64,000 nt of DNA from a bacterium (GTDB taxonomy: Bacteria; UBA8248; JACPRG01; G963555815): assembly GCA_965218795.1 (NCBI GenBank), contig OZ244653.1, positions 864,001 through 928,000 of the forward strand. The letters run 5' to 3'. Both the position numbers and the translations under genes were made by a program. Positions 48,462 through 57,809 of this stretch are shown here, piece by piece. Within the stretch, counting starts at the first letter, position 1. Each line of letters opens with the position of its first letter. The notes below the pieces were generated by a model. That model was given only the letters and a program-made list of their open reading frames with translations, was not told the origin of the DNA and did not search any database.

Positions 48462-50768
48462 TCACTTCTCCTCTCGCTGTCTCTCAAAAGACCGGGCGAT
48501 CTGTTCGAGATAGAGAGGAGGCGGAGGGCCTTCCTTGGGCTCTCCAAAGTAAAGCGTCCGGTGGGGAAACGGGATCTCGATGCCGCGCTCATCGAAGACT
48601 TTCTTCATCCGGCGATTGAACTCCCGCCCCACCCGCCATTGCTTGATGGGCCGGGTGATCAATCGAGCCCGGACGATGACCGCCGAATCCTCGAATCGGT
48701 CCACCCCCATGATATCGATGGGCTCGAGGATGTCATCGGCATAGTCCGGCTCGGCGCGCATCTCTTCGTCGATTTCCCTCAGGATGGCCACCACCTGATC
48801 CGTGTCCTCCCGGTAGGCAACGCCGACGTCCAGAACGTACCGCGAAAAGTCCTTCGTCATATTCGTGATCCTATCGACGCTGCTGTGCGGGATGACGTGA
48901 ACGTTTCCTGCGAGATCGCGAATCCGGACGGTTCGAAGGTTGACGTTCTCCACAATCCCGGCCGTCCCTTTCAGAATGACGATATCCCCCACCGCCATGC
49001 TGTCTTCGACGAGATTGAACAGTCCCGAGAGGATGTCCTTGATGAGCGATTGCGCCCCGAAACCGACCGCGAGACCCAACACCCCGACGCCTGCGAGGAT
49101 GGGCGTGATGTTGATACCCAGCCGTCCCATCACGATCAAGGCCGCGATGGAAAAGACTGCGACCTTCAGCGTCGCACGTCCCAACGGGATGAGGGTCTTC
49201 GCCCGCGAAAAAGGCTCGCTCAAGGTTCCGCCGGGGTCTCGCCGCGGTTGCAGCAGAGCCTCCGCCGCGAAATCCCCCCCCTCCATCGCAATACAGGCAA
49301 TCCCGATGGTGACGGCAATGGCCACGATCCGTTCGATCAGGAAGCGTCCGATATCGGAGAGGAGAAAATCGATGAGCCGAAGCTGCCAGGCTTCCAGAAT
49401 CAGGAGGATCGTCAGGATGTAGAGGATTCCAAATACAATGCGGTGTGCGATTCGAACGTATCGGTTGACCCTTCCCTCCAGGGTAGGAAATCGAGCCTTG
49501 AACCGATCGGGCACACGGAACAACCGATTCAACAAGGCCCTCAGACCCTGCCGGAAGGCGAAAAAGAGAGCGAGCAGAACAATCGTGGAGATTGTGGACT
49601 GGAACATGAGGGCGAGAGCGCTCGGATGGTCCAGCAACAGGAGACCGTACCCCACCATGAGATACGCGATCGCAAACCAATGCCAGTAGGCGATCAAAAA
49701 CCGGCCCGTGATGCGGAGGGATTGAAACCGCGATCCTTTCGAGGTCTCCCTCGCTTCCATTCGGGCTGCCAACTCCTTTCGTTGCTGGAGAAAGAGGACA
49801 ATCAGTTGAATAACGACCAACGCTCCAAACAGGTCGAACCAGGCATCCTTCGTGCCCGGTGAAGCTCCCATGATTCCGGTGATCTCGACGATGTAGTACC
49901 CGAAGACGCCCACGCCGCTCAGGCGGCCGATCCAGACATTCCAGTAGGCGGCGGTTTCATCGCGTAACGGGAGAAAACGCAGATTCGGCCGATGTGCGGC
50001 GAGGAACATCCTGAAGACGGCCAAAATCATCTTGCGAATGAAGTAGGCCCAAACAGCCGTCAGGACGATGGCCGTGCCCCGGGTCGAGGGTTGAAAAACC
50101 GTCAGGACGAGAAAAACCGCCGCGAGCATGACGACTGGAGGGATGAGGCTCAAGACAGAAACGCCCAAGGAGGACGTCAGCTTGCGAGAGGATGGAGCGC
50201 CGTTCGGCAGATCCAGGCGGTCCGCGGCGCGACGGGTATGCTTAAGAGTCATCCATCCGAGAAAAATGGCCACGCCGAAGGCCGCGGCGAGCTTCCATGC
50301 CAGATCGACGAGCTTGCGAACCGACTCTTTGTCCCGAAGCTTTTTGAGACCGGCCGAAAACGCCTCCGGGAGCGTCCGGATTTCCGTTGTCGCTCGCCTG
50401 AGCGTACTGTCAATCTCTCCGACCACCTGTTCGTAGATTTCCACGAACGTAATACCTTGCCCCAACAACGCCTTTTTCTCTGTTTCCTGCGCCGAGCGGC
50501 GCTGTTCCAACAGCGCCCGGAGCTGCCGGATCAGCTTCTCCCGTTCAGCGGGGTTTTCCAACGTCTTCAGCAACAACTCGAAATCGACCCGGGCCGTCAG
50601 CCCTTGGAGGGCCTTCCCGGTCTCGGCGCGTTTCGTTATGCCCGCCGGCAAACCGGTCTGTGCGAAAACAGACACGGAGGACGTCAGGAGGAGAACGAGG
50701 ATGAAGAAAAACCGGAGAGATCGATTGAGATAACGCATGGGACGACTCACCGTTGGTTCCATGATCAC
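48462..50768 (-). CDS. Large MscS-family mechanosensitive channel (YbiO-like)
   Basis: Signal peptide, LENPAEREKLI helix, many TM segments, AGVGVLGLAVGFGAQSLIKD, GIEIPFP. Confidence 0.9.
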   Translation of the reverse strand: MIMEPTVSRPMRYLNRSLRFFFILVLLLTSSVSVFAQTGLPAGITKRAETGKALQGLTARVDFELLLKTLENPAEREKLIRQLRALLEQRRSAQETEKKALLGQGITFVEIYEQVVGEIDSTLRRATTEIRTLPEAFSAGLKKLRDKESVRKLVDLAWKLAAAFGVAIFLGWMTLKHTRRAADRLDLPNGAPSSRKLTSSLGVSVLSLIPPVVMLAAVFLVLTVFQPSTRGTAIVLTAVWAYFIRKMILAVFRMFLAAHRPNLRFLPLRDETAAYWNVWIGRLSGVGVFGYYIVEITGIMGASPGTKDAWFDLFGALVVIQLIVLFLQQRKELAARMEARETSKGSRFQSLRITGRFLIAYWHWFAIAYLMVGYGLLLLDHPSALALMFQSTISTIVLLALFFAFRQGLRALLNRLFRVPDRFKARFPTLEGRVNRYVRIAHRIVFGILYILTILLILEAWQLRLIDFLLSDIGRFLIERIVAIAVTIGIACIAMEGGDFAAEALLQPRRDPGGTLSEPFSRAKTLIPLGRATLKVAVFSIAALIVMGRLGINITPILAGVGVLGLAVGFGAQSLIKDILSGLFNLVEDSMAVGDIVILKGTAGIVENVNLRTVRIRDLAGNVHVIPHSSVDRITNMTKDFSRYVLDVGVAYREDTDQVVAILREIDEEMRAEPDYADDILEPIDIMGVDRFEDSAVIVRARLITRPIKQWRVGREFNRRMKKVFDERGIEIPFPHRTLYFGEPKEGPPPPLYLEQIARSFERQREEK

Positions 50769-53155
50769 CGGCTCAAACCCGGGCCCATGATTCGCCAGAT
50801 GCGGTTGGGGCTGAGCGGGAGTGCGGTCACCTCGATTCCGAGCGGCGAGAGCGCGTCTTCCACGGCGTTCGCGATAGCGGCCGGAGCCGGGATGGCGCCG
50901 CCCTCCCCCGCCCCCTTGGCCCCCAGGGTCGTAAAGGGAGAAGGGGTCTCCAGACTGTCCACCTCGATATGTGGGGACTCCATGGTCGTCGGTTTCAGAT
51001 AATCCATGAAGTTGGCGGTGAGGAACTGCCCGTTCTCGTCGTAGATGAACTCTTCATACAACGCCGCGCCGATTCCGTGAACCGTGGCCCCGTGGGCGAG
51101 CCCCTCGACGATCATTGGATTGATTTCGGTGCCGCAGTCGTGAACCATACCGTATTTGAGAATGTTGACCTTCGCCGTTCCGGGATCCACCTCCACCATC
51201 GCCATATGCACCGAGTTGCTGGCAAACAACTGTGTGCGGACGCGCCGCTCCGAATCCGGCAAGTCGGCTTGGGGATTGACGTGGTAGTGGCGCGCCTCGA
51301 GTCCCGCCTCCATCCCCTTCGGGAGCATCAGCAGATCACGGTAGGCGATCCGGGCGATTTCAGCGAGGGGCATCGAGGATGCCTCTTCTCCCCGATCATG
51401 CACGACGCCCTCTTCGACCGACAGGACCTGCGGGTCGGCGCCCATGAGGTGCGCCGCCAAGTCCAGCAACTTGGTCCGGACCTTTTCAGCCGCCCCGATG
51501 ATCGCTGCCGTATTCGTCCCTGAGAACTTGTTGGAATAATTTCCGGACGCGTAGAGCCACGGCGTCGTGTAGGAATCAAACCAGGACGCCACGTGGACGG
51601 TATCCGGGTGAACGCCCAGTTCGTCCGCCACGATTTGGGCCACTGTGGTTTCGTATCCCTGTCCGCTGCCGGCGTCCCCGACGGCCACGCGGACGGAGCC
51701 GTCCGCCTCGATTCGCACCAGGGCGGCCTCCCCCATGCCCGAGGCCAGCCGGCGTCCCGTGGTCAGGATGTAAGAGGAAAGGTTCGAGCTGCTCGGCTCG
51801 ACCGCGGCCGCGATGCCGATTCCCACGTACCGTCCCCCGGCCCGGGCCTCTCCCTGAACCTTCCGAAGCCCCTCATAATCCATCTGGTCCAACGAGCGCC
51901 GGAGGGTTTCCGGGTAATCGCCGCTGTCAAAGACGGTTCCCGAAGGGATGCGGTAGGGAAAATCCTCCGGGGGGATGAAGTTCCGGAACCGGATTTCCGC
52001 CGGGTCGAGGTCCAGCTCCCTCGCGATGAGATCCATCATTCGCTCGACGGCGAAGCACATGAAGGGTTTGCCGATGCCCCGGTTCGCGCCGGAAGGGCAT
52101 TTGTTGGTCAAAACGGCGCGGGCCTCGAACCGCACGGCGGGAATCTTGTAACAGTTGGTCAGGTTCCCCATTTTCAGGAGGGAGTGGACCGTCGGGTTCG
52201 CGAGGTTGTTTCCTTCGTCCGCAAGGTCCCGGACGATGAGCGCTTGGACCGTGCCGTCGGCGTCGAAAGCGGCCTCCACTTCGAGAACGCCGTTGCAGGC
52301 GTGCATCAGGGCCATCAGGTTCTCACGCCGGTCCTCGACCCATTTGACGGGTTTCCCGGTCTTCTTCGCCAAGAGTGCGGCCATGAGCAAATAGGGCGCT
52401 CGGCGCTTATTGCCGAATCCCCCCCCGACGTCGGGGACGATCAGGCGGATTTTCGCATGGGAGACGCCGAGAGCGTCGGCCAGCAATCCGGCGGTCAACC
52501 CCGGCCGCTGGTCGTTCGACCAGAACGAGTAGCTTTCGCTCCCCGCGTCGAATTGGGCGATACAGCCGAAAGTCTCAAGAGGGGTGGAGGCATAGCGCTG
52601 GATGTGAAAGCGCTTCTTGAGCGTCCGCCCGGCTTTCTCGAATGCCTGGTCAACCTCGCCAAAGGTGAACGAGTCGGACCAGATCACGTTCGACTTCATC
52701 TCTTCGTAAAGAGCGGGCGCTCCGGGCTCAACGGCTTTCTCAGGGTCCACGATGGCTTCCAGGGGTTCATACTCCCCGCGGATTCGCTCGCTCGCGTCCT
52801 CCGCCACGTATCGGTCGATGGCCGCCACCGCGGCGACGGGTTCTCCAACGTAACGGACCCGGTCGATGGCCAGACAGCCGTACCCCAGCTTGACCGGAAC
52901 GGGGATGAGGGATTTCATCGTGTGATGGACCGCGTCCTGTCCCGTGATCACGGCTTGGACTCCGGGAATCTTTTCGGTCTCGGACGTATCGACTGAGATG
53001 ATCCGGGCGTGCGGATAGGGGCTCCGGTAGACCGCGGTGTGGAGCATCCCCGGAAACGACAGGTCGTCCACATAACTCCCCTGCCCGGAGATAAACCTGC
53101 CGTCCTCCTTTCGAAGGACCCTCTTCCCCGTCCACCCCGTTGCCGTCCCGCTCAT
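50765..53155 (-). CDS. Xanthine oxidase family molybdopterin-binding large subunit (CoxL-like, not CODH)
   Basis: RKEDGRFISGQGSYVDD, RSPYPHARI, VRYVGEPVAAV, DVGGGFG, GQGYET, HDCGTEINP, AKGAGE. Confidence 0.93.
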   Translation of the reverse strand: MSGTATGWTGKRVLRKEDGRFISGQGSYVDDLSFPGMLHTAVYRSPYPHARIISVDTSETEKIPGVQAVITGQDAVHHTMKSLIPVPVKLGYGCLAIDRVRYVGEPVAAVAAIDRYVAEDASERIRGEYEPLEAIVDPEKAVEPGAPALYEEMKSNVIWSDSFTFGEVDQAFEKAGRTLKKRFHIQRYASTPLETFGCIAQFDAGSESYSFWSNDQRPGLTAGLLADALGVSHAKIRLIVPDVGGGFGNKRRAPYLLMAALLAKKTGKPVKWVEDRRENLMALMHACNGVLEVEAAFDADGTVQALIVRDLADEGNNLANPTVHSLLKMGNLTNCYKIPAVRFEARAVLTNKCPSGANRGIGKPFMCFAVERMMDLIARELDLDPAEIRFRNFIPPEDFPYRIPSGTVFDSGDYPETLRRSLDQMDYEGLRKVQGEARAGGRYVGIGIAAAVEPSSSNLSSYILTTGRRLASGMGEAALVRIEADGSVRVAVGDAGSGQGYETTVAQIVADELGVHPDTVHVASWFDSYTTPWLYASGNYSNKFSGTNTAAIIGAAEKVRTKLLDLAAHLMGADPQVLSVEEGVVHDRGEEASSMPLAEIARIAYRDLLMLPKGMEAGLEARHYHVNPQADLPDSERRVRTQLFASNSVHMAMVEVDPGTAKVNILKYGMVHDCGTEINPMIVEGLAHGATVHGIGAALYEEFIYDENGQFLTANFMDYLKPTTMESPHIEVDSLETPSPFTTLGAKGAGEGGAIPAPAAIANAVEDALSPLGIEVTALPLSPNRIWRIMGPGLSR

Positions 53156-53661
53156 GAGGTACCCGTCTCCCCGGATTCGCCAGCGCCCTCCCGGGTCATG
53201 CGCGCCCCGGCCAGAACGGCGCGCACGATGTTGATGTAACCCGTGCACATGCAGAGATTTCCGGCGAGGGCTTCCCGGACTTCCGATTCGTCGGGGTCGG
53301 GGTTTCGCTCGATGAGCTCGCTGGCCGTCATCAGCATTCCCGGCGTGCAAAACCCGCATTGCAGCGCGTGATTTTCATGAAACGCCTGCTGGAGGGGATG
53401 CCATTCCCCGTCGCGGGCAAGTCCCTCGACCGTCGAGACCTCGCATCCGTCGACCTGTACGGCGAACGTCAGGCAAGACCTGGCCGTCGCACCGTCGATC
53501 AACACGGTGCAGGCCCCGCACACGCCGTGCTCGCAGCCCAGGTGGGTTCCCGTCAGCCCCAGGTTCTCGCGCAAAAAATCGGCCAGCGTCCGCCGAGGCT
53601 CGACCGTCCCGCCGACCTCTGCGCCGTTGACCTTCAGCCGGATTTCGCGCCGATGAATCAT
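53152..53661 (-). CDS. Xanthine oxidase family 2x[2Fe-2S] small subunit
   Basis: GCEHGVCGACTV, ARSC, QCGFCTPG, NLCMCTGY. Confidence 0.95.
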   Translation of the reverse strand: MIHRREIRLKVNGAEVGGTVEPRRTLADFLRENLGLTGTHLGCEHGVCGACTVLIDGATARSCLTFAVQVDGCEVSTVEGLARDGEWHPLQQAFHENHALQCGFCTPGMLMTASELIERNPDPDESEVREALAGNLCMCTGYINIVRAVLAGARMTREGAGESGETGTS

Positions 53662-54518
53662 GGGATTCTCTGGTGGGCCGCCGTCAGGCCCCGCTCGACG
53701 AGAACCCCGGTCAGGTGTTTCCGGAAATCGGCGGTCGCGTGAACGTCCGAGGGCGGACGGACCGATTCTGCCGCAATCCGTCCGGCTTCCCGGAAGCAGC
53801 CCGGGTTCGGCGGGTTTCCGCGAAGCGATTCTTCCGCCTCGGTCAGGGGAACGGGCGAAGATCCGATACCACCGGCCACCAACCGCGCTTCGGCGCAGAC
53901 GCCGCATTCATCCATCCGCAGCCCAGCCGCCACGCACACCACGGCGAAATCGCCGAACCGCCGGCTCATCTCCTGAAAGGACCATCCCCATCCCGCATCC
54001 GGCAAAGGAATGACGACCTCGGTCAGCATCTCCAGTGGTGACAGGGCGGTCTCGAAATAATCGGTAAAAAAAGCGGCGGCCGGGATCTCGCGCGTGCCGC
54101 CGGGACCGGCCGCAAAAAGCGTCGATCGGAGCGCTACGGCGATCACGGGAAGCTCGGCGGCCGGGTCGGCGTGGCTCAGGCTCCCGCCGACGGTTCCCCG
54201 GTTCCGTATGGCCGGGTGACCGATCAGTGGAACGGCCTCGGTCAGGAGGGAAACTTCCTTTACCGCCGGGTCATCCTCCAACGCGCGGTGGCGCGTCAGG
54301 GCGCCGATACGCAACTGTCCGTTCCTTTGGATGTAACGCAGCGACCGGACGGGATTCACATCGATCAGGCAGGCTGGCCTGGCCAGACGGAAACTCAGCA
54401 ACGGGACCAGGCTTTGGCCTCCGGCGAGAATCCTGGCCTCGTCGCCAAATTCGCCCAGGTGGGCCAGGGCTTCCTCGACGGTCGAGGCGCGGCGGTACTC
54501 GAAGGGGGCGGGTTTCAT
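53658..54518 (-). CDS. Xanthine oxidase family FAD-binding medium subunit
   Basis: MKPAPFEY, LAGGQSL, IRNRGTVGGSLSHADPAAE. Confidence 0.95.
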   Translation of the reverse strand: MKPAPFEYRRASTVEEALAHLGEFGDEARILAGGQSLVPLLSFRLARPACLIDVNPVRSLRYIQRNGQLRIGALTRHRALEDDPAVKEVSLLTEAVPLIGHPAIRNRGTVGGSLSHADPAAELPVIAVALRSTLFAAGPGGTREIPAAAFFTDYFETALSPLEMLTEVVIPLPDAGWGWSFQEMSRRFGDFAVVCVAAGLRMDECGVCAEARLVAGGIGSSPVPLTEAEESLRGNPPNPGCFREAGRIAAESVRPPSDVHATADFRKHLTGVLVERGLTAAHQRIP

Positions 54519-54519
54519 C

Positions 54520-55509
54520 CTACAATCGGAAGATGTGCGTGGGGTTGCTCTCGAGGATCATGCGTTGATCTTTTTCTTGAAGCTCGATCCTTTCAACCGT
54601 ATGCACCGGATCGGGATCTTCTATGGGAAACGGGTAATCGGTTCCCATGAGGACGCGCTCCACGCCCACGATGTTCAACAGATGCTTGATGTTCCCGGTG
54701 TGGTACAGGAGGGTGTCGTAGTAGAACCACGACAGGTAACGAATCGGCGTTTTCCTGATTCCGTCTCCCATGAGCTGCGGATATCGCTCGTATCCCCACT
54801 GGAGACGACCGATGAGGTACGGCAGACATCCGCCCCCGTGGACCAGGACCATCCGGATGGACGCGTGGCGGTCCGCTACGCCCCCGAAGATCAGGCTTGC
54901 GGCCGCCAGGGTGGTATCCAGCGGGTTGCCGACCAGGTTGTTCAGGAAGAAGGAGGTCATCCGATCGTGCCCCGCAACGTTGTACGGATGGATAACGACG
55001 ACGGCCCCCAATTCCCCGGCCCGCTGCCAGAATGGCTCGAACTCAGGATTGTCCAGGGTCCTTCCGTCCACGTTGGAGGCGATGGCCGCCCCCCGCATCC
55101 CGAGATTCTCAACGGCATGGGTCAACTCATCCGCGGCGCGCGGGCCCGAGACCAGCGGAACCGTGGCAAGACCCTCGACATAATCCAGGCCCGCGATGTC
55201 CGCCATCATGGTCTCATTCTGAAGTCTGCACCACGCGGCGCACTGTTCGACGGGCAATGAATACCCCACCACATCGAGCCAGGTGTAGACAATCTGGAGG
55301 TCCACCCCCTGGGCTTTCATGATGGTCTTCCTTTCTTCGAGCTCCCGGAGCCTGGGCCTGAGAGGCCGCGTCAACGGACCGTCCCCGAACCCAAGGCGTG
55401 GATTTCCCTCCTCGTCCTCTTCCACCCGGATTCCGTACCGGGTGCGATTTTTTTTGATTTCGTCAATCGCGTCCGGAGCAATGTAGTGACCGTGCGTGTC
55501 GATGTTCAT
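54520..55509 (-). CDS. Amidohydrolase_2 family protein (ACMSD-like decarboxylase/hydratase)
   Basis: IDTHGH, VIHP, VGNPLDT, HGGG, MGTDYPF. Confidence 0.88.
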   Translation of the reverse strand: MNIDTHGHYIAPDAIDEIKKNRTRYGIRVEEDEEGNPRLGFGDGPLTRPLRPRLRELEERKTIMKAQGVDLQIVYTWLDVVGYSLPVEQCAAWCRLQNETMMADIAGLDYVEGLATVPLVSGPRAADELTHAVENLGMRGAAIASNVDGRTLDNPEFEPFWQRAGELGAVVVIHPYNVAGHDRMTSFFLNNLVGNPLDTTLAAASLIFGGVADRHASIRMVLVHGGGCLPYLIGRLQWGYERYPQLMGDGIRKTPIRYLSWFYYDTLLYHTGNIKHLLNIVGVERVLMGTDYPFPIEDPDPVHTVERIELQEKDQRMILESNPTHIFRL

Positions 55510-55690
55510 GGCTGTCCTGTTCCGCCGGGAGGCCCCTGCGGCCTCTCTGACAATTGGATGATCGAGGCGTTATGATACTCGTTTTCCGGGCGATTGACAC
55601 GCCGGCCGGGAACTCCCAGCAGATCCCGCGTTTCCGGCCTTCCCATGATACGGTGACGGATGAGCCGGCTCGAATCGGCTCCGATCTTTG

Positions 55691-56587
55691 ATGGATGTAC
55701 TGCTGCTTGCCCAAATATATGCTCTGCTCACCGCCCTTGGTTTTGCGACCAGCGACGTGGCCGCACGTTACGGGCTCCGGTCATCCACGCCCATCTCCGG
55801 CATGCTCATGATGGTCGTCATGACCCTTCTCATGTACGGACCCAATGCCGTCGCGGGTTTCCGCATGCGGGAGACCGATTACGTCGGACTCGCCATTTTT
55901 TTTCTCGCCGGCGTCGGCGCCCCCGGTCTCGGTCCGACTTTCCACTACATGAGCTTTCAGCGAATCGGAATGGCCCGGACGATCAGCATCGTCGGATCCA
56001 CCCCCTTGCTGACGGTCTTCATCGCCGTTCTCGCCCTGGACGAGAGGCCAACCACGCTGACTTATATCGGGACCGTTTCCATTGTGGCCGGCGTGATCAG
56101 CCTGGCGAACGAGCAGCGGTCGGCGACCCGTCAAGAAGCGGCCGCCAAGCCCGTATGGACCTATTTCATATTCGCCGTGGGCTCCCTCCTGGGCTTCTCG
56201 GCCGCTACCGCCCTGCGGAAGTTCGCAATTCAGATGGTTCCGAATTTGAGCCTTGCGCTGACCGTCTCCGGGCTCGGCGCCCTTCTGGTCATCATCTGCT
56301 GGTACCCATTCCTCCCGCCTTCCGACCGATTCAGGTTCAATCACCGAACTTTCTGGATCTTTGTAGTCAGCGGCGGATTGGCGGCGTTGGGGCACCTCGC
56401 ATTGTTCGCGGCCCTCCAACACGGCCCCCTGTCCAGCGTCGCCCCCCTGGTTTACACGACCCCCCTGTTTGCCGTGGCATTCTCCTGGATATTTTTTCCC
56501 GAACTTGAAAAATTGAATTTTCGTGTCCTGACCGGGGCCGCTCTGATTTGTGCGGGAGCAATCCTCGTAACGGTTTCCCGAGGTTGA
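55691..56587 (+). CDS. EamA/DMT family transporter
   Basis: About 10 hydrophobic helices with an internal two-fold repeat; LALDERP and PLFAV motifs. Confidence 0.85.
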   Translation: MDVLLLAQIYALLTALGFATSDVAARYGLRSSTPISGMLMMVVMTLLMYGPNAVAGFRMRETDYVGLAIFFLAGVGAPGLGPTFHYMSFQRIGMARTISIVGSTPLLTVFIAVLALDERPTTLTYIGTVSIVAGVISLANEQRSATRQEAAAKPVWTYFIFAVGSLLGFSAATALRKFAIQMVPNLSLALTVSGLGALLVIICWYPFLPPSDRFRFNHRTFWIFVVSGGLAALGHLALFAALQHGPLSSVAPLVYTTPLFAVAFSWIFFPELEKLNFRVLTGAALICAGAILVTVSRG

Positions 56588-56709
56588 TTTTTGAAGGGTA
56601 ATCCTCGCCCATTTCTGCTATCTTGCCTGGAGCGCGGAACCGGCCGCGGCCCCGGCCGTCCGAAGGACCAAGGACGATGGACGCACCCGGCTGACGAAGA
56701 GAACGCACA

Positions 56710-57750
56710 ATGCAATTCGCCCTCAGCTACTACAGCCTGCTGGACCTCTCCCTCGAAGAAATCATCGAGACAATTCAATACGGCGAAAAATCGGGCGTTC
56801 AATACGCCCTTCTGGGACAGTCCGCGGTCCGGGATTGTTTCATCGGCCTTTCCCAGATAGCGAGTGCGACAGAGACCATCCGACTGGGGACCAATATCGT
56901 CCCCATCTACACGCGGACCCCGACGGACCTGGCCATGTCCGTCATTACCCTGAACGAGGCCACGGGGGGAAGGTTCAGATTCCTGGGGATTGGGGCGGGC
57001 GGGCGCCTGAAGATCGAGCCCAACCACGGCGTCAAGGTGAACAAGACGGCGGACCGAACCAAGGAATACATCGAAATCATACGGGGCGTCCTCACTGGTC
57101 AACGCCTGAGCTATCAGGGAGCTTTTTTCCAGCTGGATAACGCATGGATTCCCCAAACGCACGGAGTCGGGGCCACGGCCAGCGATTTCGCGCAGGAGGA
57201 GTACGTGCCCATCTACGTCGGCGCGACCGGACCTCTGGTGTTACGGGTCGCCGGGGCCTACGCCGACGGGGTCATTTTCAATTCCCTCTCGACCCCGGAG
57301 TATATCGAGTGGGCCAAGGGGGTGATTCGTGACGGGGCGGCGGAAGCCGGACGGGCTCCCGAGGAAGTCGCCCTCGCGTGCAGTATGGTGACGGCCGCCC
57401 ACCCGGACCCCGAACAGGTGAGGGAAGCCGTGCGGCGGGCGTGCCTGTATTATCTAAGGGAGGATCACCACCGGTTCACGATGGAGAAAGCCGGAATGGG
57501 CGGCCTCCATGCCAGGATCCGGGAGACCTATTTGAAGGGGGATGTCGACGGCGCCCTTGATTTGATCGACGGGGAGGTTCTCGACAGAATTGCGTTCACC
57601 GGGACCCCCGAGAAAGTCAGACAGAAATACCGGGAGTACAAGAAACTGGGAATCGGCCTGGCCGTCATTCGGAACGTCATCGACAGGGAAACGGGGAACC
57701 GTCCGGTAATGGATAATATCGACGCCCTCACCCCCCTGATGAATTCCTAG
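56710..57750 (+). CDS. Luciferase-like (LLM) flavin/F420-dependent oxidoreductase
   Basis: TETIRLGTNIVP, LNEATGGRF, VPIYVGATGP, AGAYADG, FTGTPE. Confidence 0.85.
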   Translation: MQFALSYYSLLDLSLEEIIETIQYGEKSGVQYALLGQSAVRDCFIGLSQIASATETIRLGTNIVPIYTRTPTDLAMSVITLNEATGGRFRFLGIGAGGRLKIEPNHGVKVNKTADRTKEYIEIIRGVLTGQRLSYQGAFFQLDNAWIPQTHGVGATASDFAQEEYVPIYVGATGPLVLRVAGAYADGVIFNSLSTPEYIEWAKGVIRDGAAEAGRAPEEVALACSMVTAAHPDPEQVREAVRRACLYYLREDHHRFTMEKAGMGGLHARIRETYLKGDVDGALDLIDGEVLDRIAFTGTPEKVRQKYREYKKLGIGLAVIRNVIDRETGNRPVMDNIDALTPLMNS

Positions 57751-57809
57751 ACCATCTCCACCGGCTGGTCTTGCGAGAAGACCCGCACCCTCCAAGAGGG
57801 AGTCACATC

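Noticed and set aside
50765-54518. Aerobic carbon monoxide dehydrogenase (coxMSL)
   Set aside because: The gene order matches, but the Cu-binding AYxCSFR motif is absent and no coxDEFG accessory genes are present.
56690-56700. Hammerhead ribozyme or fluoride riboswitch suggested by GCTGACGA
   Set aside because: No GAAA partner strand or pseudoknot pairing could be found.
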